Positions 39,639 to 48,500 of a stretch of DNA of 64,000 bases are shown here, piece by piece (within the stretch, counting starts at the first letter, position 1; each line of letters opens with the position of its first letter). Source of the DNA: Candidatus Hydrogenedentota bacterium (GTDB taxonomy: Bacteria > Hydrogenedentota > Hydrogenedentia > Hydrogenedentales > JAEUWI01); the NCBI GenBank assembly GCA_034669905.1, contig JAXMOL010000027.1, positions 30,511 to 94,510 of the forward strand. The letters run 5' to 3'. Under the pieces are notes generated by a model. The model was given only the letters and a program-made list of their open reading frames with translations, was not told the origin of the DNA and searched no databases. The translations under genes were made by a program, and so were the position numbers.

Positions 39639-41369
39639 CTACCCCTGGGAGTCCGGGCTCTGCCAACGCCGGGAGCCGGTACGTCGGATTCGGGAACTGG
39701 AAAGCAGGATGGCGAGGAGGAGCCCGTAAGCTATTAGCGTGGGCAGGTTTTGTGGGCCCCTGCCCAGGGCAGGCATCAGGCCCGCACCCTGAGCGGGCAG
39801 GACTTCGGGGGGCCTCAGGGAAATAGTTCCCCCATGGCGCACCTGGAACTGCGCATAGGCCTGTCCATCGCGATAGACAGTATCGATGACGTCACTCTGC
39901 AGCCAGCCCGTAACGTCGGGGCCGGGGTGCCAGGAGGCGGTCTCCGGGAGCCACAGCCAGGGGATGAGCGTGCCGGGGGAAAGGATATCTTCCCGGGGTA
40001 TCAGCACGGTCCGGGTGGCCCCGTAGGGGCGCAAGGGGCGAAGCGCATAGGATGCTGCTGAGGGGTCGGTGAAGATGACCCGATTGGCTTCCTGCATGCT
40101 GGTTGTTTCGGGGGGGGCAGACCCTACGCTGGCATCGACGCGGAACGCGTATTCACGCGAATGGGCGGAGCTGCCATCCAATACCGGCGCACCGGCGGAT
40201 GCAACGATTCCCTGACCTTCCCGCCAGGCTTCGTCGGGGGTGACAACAACCCAGCCGTCGTTCAGTCCGACGGCCTGCCAGTGGACCCGGTAGGGTTGCT
40301 CTGATTCGAGGGAAACGGTCGCCCAGGCCTGGGTGTAGTCAATCACGCCGATAGCCCGGACTCGGAGGGCAAGAACGGCTTCGGGCCCGATGTAGATCTC
40401 CCCATAATGGACGGGTTCGTTTGGCAATACGGAAACCGTAACCCCCCCGGATTTCACGACCCCTTCCTCCCCGCGGTAACCCTGGTCTGAGGCACTGAAA
40501 TCACTCGTGCCGCAATCAAACACCGAGCGGACCCAATAGTAGTAGCGGGTTTCGCTGGTCGTGGGCGGGGGCGCGGGGCACCCCATCCCGGTAATGGTCT
40601 CGGGGGCCGCGGCGGTCGTATCGTCGAAACGCGTGGCACTGGTGCGCCCCAAGAGGCTGGCCCCACTACTCTGATTCCGCGTATTGCGATAAACTTCGTA
40701 TTCCAGCGCGCCGCTTACCGCATTCCAGGAAACGGTGACCCTATCCGCCGGGACCATGTCGGTCGCCTGAACGCCCGTGGGCGGGATGGCATCGCATTCG
40801 CCCTCTCCTTCCCCTTCCCCTTCCCCCTCTCCTTCTCCTTCACTACTCCCCATTGTGACCGTTATCTGCCCAGCGTCAATTTGATGAATCACCGTGGCGT
40901 TCCCAGTGGCATCGGAGAGCCATGAAGCCGTGGCCACCAAGGTGCGATCGCCCAGGTCGGCCGCGTCGTCGATGGCGAAGACCAGGTTGGCGAGGGTGTT
41001 ATTGGCCCCGAAATTCAGCCGACCGGAATAGGCGATAAAGCCTCCCATCGATTGGGAGCCAGACTCGAAGTCATAGCCGTCGACCACGAACCCACTCAGG
41101 CCCGCGCCCGGCGTCACGGATTCCAAGGTAAGGCCTTCTGGAAGGGGGAACTCGAAATGGAGGCCTCCGTAAGTAGACGTGGTTTCACCAATCGACAAGG
41201 GGACGGATACAGATTCACCGGCAGCAGCATCGACGGTGCCGAGCGAGAAGGGCACCTGGGCAAAAGAGGGCACCACGGCGAAAAGCAGCGCCGCGAAGAA
41301 AGTAAGGGCGAGGTGGTTCGCCAGCCGCCCCCGTTCATGTTGTGTCCTGTCATTTCGCCGGGTTTTCAT
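39639..41369 (-). CDS. Secreted, C-terminally anchored protein: cohesin-like domain, EG linker, FN3-like domain
   Basis: Signal peptide; LGTVDAAAGESVSVPLSI...LANLVFAI...DAGQITV (cohesin-like); EG tract; VTVSWNAVSGALEYEVYR...YYYWVRS (FN3); final hydrophobic helix plus Arg-rich tail. Confidence 0.75.
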   Translation of the reverse strand: MKTRRNDRTQHERGRLANHLALTFFAALLFAVVPSFAQVPFSLGTVDAAAGESVSVPLSIGETTSTYGGLHFEFPLPEGLTLESVTPGAGLSGFVVDGYDFESGSQSMGGFIAYSGRLNFGANNTLANLVFAIDDAADLGDRTLVATASWLSDATGNATVIHQIDAGQITVTMGSSEGEGEGEGEGEGEGECDAIPPTGVQATDMVPADRVTVSWNAVSGALEYEVYRNTRNQSSGASLLGRTSATRFDDTTAAAPETITGMGCPAPPPTTSETRYYYWVRSVFDCGTSDFSASDQGYRGEEGVVKSGGVTVSVLPNEPVHYGEIYIGPEAVLALRVRAIGVIDYTQAWATVSLESEQPYRVHWQAVGLNDGWVVVTPDEAWREGQGIVASAGAPVLDGSSAHSREYAFRVDASVGSAPPETTSMQEANRVIFTDPSAASYALRPLRPYGATRTVLIPREDILSPGTLIPWLWLPETASWHPGPDVTGWLQSDVIDTVYRDGQAYAQFQVRHGGTISLRPPEVLPAQGAGLMPALGRGPQNLPTLIAYGLLLAILLSSSRIRRTGSRRWQSPDSQG

Positions 41370-41415
41370 GATGCGTTCCGTGACGGTGTTGTTGCGATGC
41401 GGTTTCCGTGTGAGC

Positions 41416-42834
41416 TTATCCCTTGGGTAGTGTGAGTCGTGCGCCGGACTCCGTTACGAGCACCAGTTTGCTGGGGGCACCGAGATCGGCCTGAACTTCC
41501 ACCCGGGCGAAGCGTTCGCCATTTGCCGCCAGACCGGTAAGGCTCTTGGGCAGGGCCGCACGTTGTTCGGGTGTTGATTTCGCTTCTGTAACACCATTCA
41601 CCGCCTGGGCAGTCAGGGTGCCCACGCCGGGCGGTACGGTCAGCGAAACGGTCGCCGTACTGGCGTCGAAGGTGCCCATGGCCGCCGCCGTCGCACTGGT
41701 GACGGCACCGAACTCCGGCCGTGCGAAAACGGTCACGATCGTGTCTGGCAACAAGTCCTGGCAGGAGACCACTACGGTCATGGGATTGGTTTCCGTAATT
41801 GGAAGCAGAATGTCCGGGCTGGCCAGGTCTCCTGTGGGGTTCGCGGGTGCCGCCATACCGGCTACACTGGTGATCGCCAAATCAGGTTGGAGGTTGTCGG
41901 GCAGCATGAGGATGCCGGCGCCTCCCGCTGTGGTGGCGGCACCGCTGATGGTGCCGGTAAATTCGGTCAGCCGTCCTTCCAGGCGTATGCGGCCTTGACC
42001 GCCCCCATTGCCAGCGTCGCCGCCGCTGCCGCCCAGGGCGGTTATGGTGCCTGTGCCGAAGATGTTGGGCGACGCGACCCGGAGTGCACCACCACTACCG
42101 CCGCCACTACGACCGCTGAAAGAGGGATTCGCACCGCTGCCGCCGCGGGCACTGAGGGTTCCATTCACGGTCACACTTTCATTGGCTGCGACAAAGAAGG
42201 CGCCACCGCCCCCGCCGCCACCGGCACCCTGCGTGCGGCCCCCGCCGCTACCGCCCGAGCCGCCAATGAGGGGCAATAGAAAGATGCTTCCATACGTGTT
42301 GCCAGGCGGGTGGTACGTCGAGGGGGAATTGGCTCCCCCGCCCGCTGTACCGTAAGAACCCCCGCCGCCCCGTTTGTCGTCTCCGGCAGAGACACCCGCA
42401 CCGCCCGGTCCGAGGCCCGGCCCGGGGTCAGTATCCACGTCAAAGGGGGCGCCATCCCCCCCTTCAAAACCACCGGGACCACCGGCGCCGCCCTGGAAGT
42501 CAATAGAGCCGTTGGTCGGGGGGGCACTGCCATCCACGCTGACATTGCCGTCGATCAGGCAGGTGGACTGGACCAACCACGTGACCGGTGTATTCTCGGC
42601 GTTGGGAAGGAAGGTGATGGTCACACCCGCGGGGATGTTCACGCTGACATATTGGTAGACGCCATCCGGATGGTCGGCCATATCGATCAGCATGTCTGAC
42701 ACGGGGGCCAGAACCCCGTCGCTTCCGTCACTGCCAGCGTCAAATTGGGCGTTGGCGCTGATTGCCCCGCCGACGAGTAACGCGGTCAGCAGGGTGCACA
42801 GCACCGTACTTCGTTGTCGATTGATGGTTCGCAT
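41416..42834 (-). CDS. Secreted Gly-rich hypothetical protein
   Basis: RBS GGAGA before ATG 42834; signal peptide ending ANA-Q; repeated GGSGG/GGGGGG stretches alternating with short beta strands; Ig-like C-terminus. Confidence 0.75.
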   Translation of the reverse strand: MRTINRQRSTVLCTLLTALLVGGAISANAQFDAGSDGSDGVLAPVSDMLIDMADHPDGVYQYVSVNIPAGVTITFLPNAENTPVTWLVQSTCLIDGNVSVDGSAPPTNGSIDFQGGAGGPGGFEGGDGAPFDVDTDPGPGLGPGGAGVSAGDDKRGGGGSYGTAGGGANSPSTYHPPGNTYGSIFLLPLIGGSGGSGGGRTQGAGGGGGGGAFFVAANESVTVNGTLSARGGSGANPSFSGRSGGGSGGALRVASPNIFGTGTITALGGSGGDAGNGGGQGRIRLEGRLTEFTGTISGAATTAGGAGILMLPDNLQPDLAITSVAGMAAPANPTGDLASPDILLPITETNPMTVVVSCQDLLPDTIVTVFARPEFGAVTSATAAAMGTFDASTATVSLTVPPGVGTLTAQAVNGVTEAKSTPEQRAALPKSLTGLAANGERFARVEVQADLGAPSKLVLVTESGARLTLPKG

Positions 42835-42919
42835 CGTTCTATCTCCCAAACGTGGTGTTTTCACCCAGGTTCGAATCGTGTGGTGCTGCCTGCCCGAGCG
42901 CGGGCCTGTTTTTCGGTTT

Positions 42920-44620
42920 CTATTCATACTGGTAGCTCAGCCCCTCGCTTAGTCCAAACAGGTCGCCGATGCCTGACTCGCCGGGTGCGTAGTAGTGATA
43001 ACTCACCGGGGGCGAAAGCTGAAAGAGATCGGAATCCCCCTCCGAACCGCTGACAAAATACCGGTAGCTTACCGGGGGACTGAATCCGATTATTTGCGAG
43101 CCATCGGTTGACCCTGCCGCGAAGTAGCGATAGCTGACGGCGGGACTGATACCGAAGACGTCGGCACCACTCTCCGAGCCTGCCGCAAAATAGCGGTAGC
43201 TCACGGGCTCACTGTAGGTCGCTGTTGGTGCGCCGCCTTCGGCATCGGCCGAGAAGAAGCGGTAGCTCACCCCGCGGGATGCCGCCATGCCGACCGGTGC
43301 GATCTGGGCGTCCAGTGGATCCCCTCCGTTGTCCAATTCTTCGCCATCACCAAACCCATCGCCATCCGTGTCCGCGTTGAAGGGGTTCAGTCCCAGGGGG
43401 ATTTCAGCCGCATCGCTGAGACCATCTTCGTCGCCGTCCTCCAGGCTGTCAGGTATTTCATCGCCATCACTATCGGCCAGGGTGGGATCAAAGCCGAGGA
43501 CAAACTCGACCCAGTCGGGGACTTCGTCGCTGTCGCCATCTTCCTCGCCATCAGGTATTTCATCGCCATCGCTATCCGGATTGGTCGGGTCGAATCCGAG
43601 AAACAGTTCCACGCCATCAGGGACCCCATCCTCATCCAAATCTTCCAACGCGATGGGGCTGAGGATGATAATTCCGGCGTCTGTCGTAAAGCCGGGCAGG
43701 AGAGGAAGCTCCTGGACCGCCCCAATCAGGAGAATCCCCTGGGTGCTCTGTTTGTCTGGGCCGGAATCATTAAACCGCGCGGTCACGGTGATGGTGTCGG
43801 TGAGTGCCGTGGCCACGTCGGTGAAGCGGAACATACCATCTTCATCGGAAAGTACACTGCGACTTTGCTCGGGTAGGGTAACCGTCGCACCAACAACCGG
43901 GGAGCCGTCATCCCGCAGCGTCAGTCCTTCCACCGTGGTCAGCGGATCGCCGGGAGAAACGATAATGCGGGTGACCGACGCCGCACCTTCATTGGTGGCC
44001 GTGACAAAGGCCGAGCCCGCGCCGGTGGCAATAACCAACCCATCTTCCGTTACGGTTGCAATGTCTGTGTTGCTGCTGCGATAGGTGGTCCAGGCGATTT
44101 GGGGGGTGACATCCTGCTGACTGCCATTGGCGAGGGTTGCTGTAACGCGGACCTGCGTCGTGGCACCCAGCATGGTCAGGGTGGGCGTGTCCGGTAGGGC
44201 CTGTATTCGCACGGGCAGGGGTGGCGGCAGGGTTGTGAAGACAAGCGATTGGGGATCGATGAAGACCGTCTGGCCCTGAACGACGAGGAAAGGCTCACTG
44301 AACACGTACTCGGTCACATCGCCCACCATTCGAAAGCCGGTGAGGCGCGTGAAATCATCGCTGACGAAGTCAGGACGGGTTCCGGGCCCGCCCGGGCCAA
44401 AGCTATCGGGCGCGCTGATGTTCGTTATACGGAAAGAGCCGTCGGGATTGGGCACCACCGTTTGGCCACGCACGGTTATGGTCCAGGATTCATCCAATTG
44501 GGCCACCGCGCAGGGCGTGCAATACAGGAGCAATGCCAGGCACAGCAGGGGCAACACGAGCCGCCCCGTTCGGGTGCCCGTAAGGTGTCGCGTCCTATGT
44601 GGGTATTCAGGATGGTGCAT
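42920..44620 (-). CDS. Secreted protein: Big_2-like Ig, carboxypeptidase-regulatory-like domain, TSP3-like Ca-binding repeats, 22-aa C-terminal repeats
   Basis: YRSSNTDIATVTEDGLV, GSPVVGATVTL...SDEDGMFRF, DxDGDxxPDxxE repeats and VSYRYF repeats. Confidence 0.8.
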   Translation of the reverse strand: MHHPEYPHRTRHLTGTRTGRLVLPLLCLALLLYCTPCAVAQLDESWTITVRGQTVVPNPDGSFRITNISAPDSFGPGGPGTRPDFVSDDFTRLTGFRMVGDVTEYVFSEPFLVVQGQTVFIDPQSLVFTTLPPPLPVRIQALPDTPTLTMLGATTQVRVTATLANGSQQDVTPQIAWTTYRSSNTDIATVTEDGLVIATGAGSAFVTATNEGAASVTRIIVSPGDPLTTVEGLTLRDDGSPVVGATVTLPEQSRSVLSDEDGMFRFTDVATALTDTITVTARFNDSGPDKQSTQGILLIGAVQELPLLPGFTTDAGIIILSPIALEDLDEDGVPDGVELFLGFDPTNPDSDGDEIPDGEEDGDSDEVPDWVEFVLGFDPTLADSDGDEIPDSLEDGDEDGLSDAAEIPLGLNPFNADTDGDGFGDGEELDNGGDPLDAQIAPVGMAASRGVSYRFFSADAEGGAPTATYSEPVSYRYFAAGSESGADVFGISPAVSYRYFAAGSTDGSQIIGFSPPVSYRYFVSGSEGDSDLFQLSPPVSYHYYAPGESGIGDLFGLSEGLSYQYE

Positions 44621-45521
44621 TGTTTCCCGTTTGCTCAGCCGAGGTGTCGGTGGCGATGACGAGGTCGAGTTGCTTTTTCAAGGTGATCCACTCGGGATGG
44701 AGCGTCGTGCTCCCCCGATTTTTTAAGGCCTGGTCCATCCACATGGCCGCAACCCGGGGTTGGGGAGGGCGGTTTCCATGGAGGTCAAGGGCGTTTCCCT
44801 GGGCCATCATGTAGGCGACGACCATTTGGGCCCAGCCGGTATAGGGACTGGACGAGGACATGCGCGCCAGTTCCTGGAAGGCCCGAAAGTCTTTTTCTTG
44901 CGTGACGTGGGCCACTGCAGCCGGATGAGCGAGCAACCACGGCTTCTCCAGCCGTCGCAATTTTTGAAGGGCGGTGGAGCCGGGGCCACTGGCAGGTGAA
45001 ATCGGGAGCGTAAGGGTGTTGCTGTTCCGGGTGTTTTCCCGGTCCAGTGGGGCTATCTCCGCGTCTTTGTCGGCCCAGCCACTGAAGCGGGCCTCCACGA
45101 GGAGTTGCTTCCCGGTGATAAGAGAGACCACCGCATCGGGCTTCCAGTCGTGGCTGAGGACAACGACTTCTTCCCAGGCATCACCGGCGGCCAGCACTAA
45201 GTCGGTGGGGGGCTCGGGGGGCAGGCCTTCCTTCCAGGGAGCAAAGTTGGGCACAACATACTGGAGGGGCCGCATGGACGCGGAATCAGTCCCCACATAG
45301 AGGTCGATGCTATGGTAGGGGTTGTCCCGCGTGCTGAGCGAAGGGGCAGGGATGGTGATAGCCGCGTCGCTTTTGTTGACCACGCTCACCTGGAGCAAAA
45401 TGGGGATTTCGGGGTAATAGGGGGCGTCGGATAGGGGTGCCAGTTCCACGGTAATTCCCGCAGGGACCGTCCCCAGCGCGACGATCCCAGTGAGGGCAAG
45501 CGTGCAATACATACTCATCAC
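44607..45521 (-). CDS. Secreted hypothetical protein (candidate partner/inhibitor of the upstream protease)
   Basis: RBS GAGGAG, N-terminal hydrophobic signal, EIPILLQVSVVNKS beta domain; starts about 20 nt after the stop of the giant gene. Confidence 0.7.
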   Translation of the reverse strand: MMSMYCTLALTGIVALGTVPAGITVELAPLSDAPYYPEIPILLQVSVVNKSDAAITIPAPSLSTRDNPYHSIDLYVGTDSASMRPLQYVVPNFAPWKEGLPPEPPTDLVLAAGDAWEEVVVLSHDWKPDAVVSLITGKQLLVEARFSGWADKDAEIAPLDRENTRNSNTLTLPISPASGPGSTALQKLRRLEKPWLLAHPAAVAHVTQEKDFRAFQELARMSSSSPYTGWAQMVVAYMMAQGNALDLHGNRPPQPRVAAMWMDQALKNRGSTTLHPEWITLKKQLDLVIATDTSAEQTGNNAPS

Positions 45522-45542
45522 GGCGTCTATTCTCCTCAATGG

Positions 45543-48500
45543 TCAGGATTTAGGACGGGTCAACTTACGTAGCTCGTCCAGGTGTCGATCGATAAACTTG
45601 GCATTGGCGGCATCGGGCGCCGACTGGGCGCTGGTATTCATGATGCCGTTCACATTCGGTTGATTCATGTTGTTTCCATGGTCCAGCCGCATGGCGTGGC
45701 CGACTTCGTGGGTGACCACGCGGTTTTCTACACCGGCCAGCATGCCATCTGCGGTAGGTCCCCGTTCCCGCAGGGTTTCCAGGTAAATCAACGAACCGCC
45801 CACGCCGGCTGTACTGCCCCCCGTGCCCCCTTCGGAGTCGGGATCCATATCCCGCTGCATCATCCGGAAGGAGTCCTGCAACGCGGAGAGCACATAGACC
45901 ACCCAGAATCGGTTGGTGTTGTTGGCACGGGACTCCCACTTGTAGACGGCCGAACTCTCGGTGTTCAGGACCACGGGCACGGTATGTTTGTTGTTGGAAG
46001 CGGCCCCACCACCATCGAAAACGGGCCGGATATAGGCGGTCGCATAGGGATTCAAGGTGGGGTCGTCGGAGGCCTGCATGAAGTCGAAGCGGGAGTTTCG
46101 TGGCAGCACCCCGGCGCCATCGTCGTCGGCAATGCGGCACGGAATGGTCTTCAGGGGGTTCACCGTGACCTGATTGTTGTCCACATCCTGGGCGGAAATG
46201 GTAAAGGCGACCCCGGCGACCGTGAGGGTGCCGCCCGTGAATCCGCCTGTCATGGTGCCGTCGGTGACGTTGAGGGTAAAGACGGCTCCTGCCCAGCTGA
46301 CAATCTGGCCGGACACCGTGGCAGGGGGTGGGGCCGGCAGGGCGGGCGGCACCGCGGTGAAGGGCAAGGTGAAGCCTTCATTTTTTTGAACAAAGTCGGC
46401 CCCATTCCCGAGGATGTCACTGCTCTCTACACCCGCACCCGCGCCAACAAATACAGACCCGTTCTCGAAGCGCCCATTACCCCCGGACATGTCGTTGGTA
46501 TCGGCCATGCCATTGCCGGTGGTGTCCTGCCGGGGCAGAATGTTGCCGGTAAAATTCAGATGGGTGGCCACTCCACCGGTGCTGGCGATTTCATGGATCT
46601 GGACGATGACACTGTTGGCCTGGGCGGTCGGGGGGTTGGGAGGCGCCACCATGGAATCGACTTCTACATGCATGAAACGCCAGACAGTCAATAGGTTGGA
46701 GGCGTACATGGTCGCGTTGCGCACTTCCTTATCCGCTGGCGTGCCGGAGATGGCGGGGTCAATGATACGAAGTTTATCGACATTGGCAGCGCCCAGGGTA
46801 CTGTCTTTGTTTTCGAGAATCTGGATGAAGTCCTTGTCGCCGTTTCCGGCAATCCGGAAGTTGTCGCCCGGCTGAATGGTGGTCTGAAATTCAACGCTTT
46901 CCATCTTGTTGGTGAAGGTATGCTCCAGGATGCCCGCCGCTTCCATTGTAAACTTCCCGGTCTGCGCCGGGTCCGTCCCGCGGTTGTCTTCATCTCTTGT
47001 ATCGTCATCAATGTCGCCCATGGCAGCAGTGGGGTCGTCCACGTCAAAGGAATCGAAGTAGATTTTCAGGGCTTCGATAGGTTTCACACTGAGGATCACT
47101 TCGACATCTACCTTGTTGCGTGGCGTCGCTTCCAGGGTGCTGCCCACCACCCGCGCACCGGGGAATACCCGGAGGGCCGAAGGCAGCAGGCCCGATGGGT
47201 GGTTGGGTTCCGCGTCGAGGACGTTGGTATTGGTCAGGCTGTTCGATTTGCCTTTCCACTGAATGCTTTCAATGCCGACGACGGTGATGGCGACTTCGTC
47301 GTCTTTGCTGTCGATCTGGTCATAGGTAAACTTCAACACCGTACCCTGGGGACTGCTATGGGGTGCGATCCCTTCGACCCAACAGGAAGTCTCCCAGCCG
47401 TCTGCGGTCTCGGTGAAGCCGCCGGGGACGGGTACGTCGGTACCGGAGCTGTACTCTTCCTGCTTATTCGCTTTCGTCCAGATGCGCACATTCGCACCGC
47501 CGGAGGTGGCGGTGAGCCGGGCAACGCCGGGCTTAATCATCTTCCCCTTGAGTTTCAGGACGACTTTCACCAATTCGTCATCGGCCACGTCGATATCGCC
47601 AACGCCGAGATCAAAGTTTCCATCCCGGTCATCATTGTCGAGGTTCACAAAGGTCTGGGCGCCCAGGCTGCGTTCGACGGCGTCCGGTACCTGCGGCTCG
47701 GCGGGGTGGGTGACCTTGGGTTTGTGGAGATCCAGTTCCAAGTCCACCACATAGATGTCGGCACGGGGAAGGACGAGCTCGGGCGGTGGGCAATCCCGGT
47801 CGGCGTTGGCCTTGAATTCGACAGAGTACTTGCCCGGTGCGCTGGGGAAGTGGGTCGCGATGACGCCTTGACCAGAGGCCACGGCCCCGCCATCGTCCTG
47901 AAAAATCTGCCAGGTCAAGTCGGGGGTAACAGGCGGGATCAACATGGACTGGGCACTGATGATTTCCCCCTCTTCGTCGCGACAGACTTCGTCCATGACG
48001 CCGCCGTTGTCGACCACAGGAGAGACGAGGGACCAGGTAATGGCCTGGCCGATACAGACCACATCCTTATCCTGGAAGGGCATGATGGTGCCACCGCTGA
48101 GGCTTCCGGTCTCAACGCAGCTGGTGGTACATCCGGGCTCGCCTTCGCCCTCCCCTTCACCTTCCCCTTCACCCTCGCCTTCCCCTTCGCCCTCGGTACC
48201 ACTTTCACAGTCGCCCGACACCGCGTAGGGGGGGCAATTGCAGCCCCAACCAGCCACGGACAACCCGGAACCCTGGTCACTCAAGATGGATAGTCCGTCT
48301 GCGGTGACACTTCCGGAAGAGACGATCTCAAAGGCCCCGGTGTCGTGGTTGAAACTCAAGAAGTAGGCAATGGCCCCCGCCGGGAGACCGGACATATTGG
48401 GATAGGTGATGGAGATCGGCGGATCAAAGGTGGCGCCGCTGGGCTGGAGGGTCCACGCAAAGGGCGGTGCCGCCCCATCGGGCATGGGCATGGGCACTTC

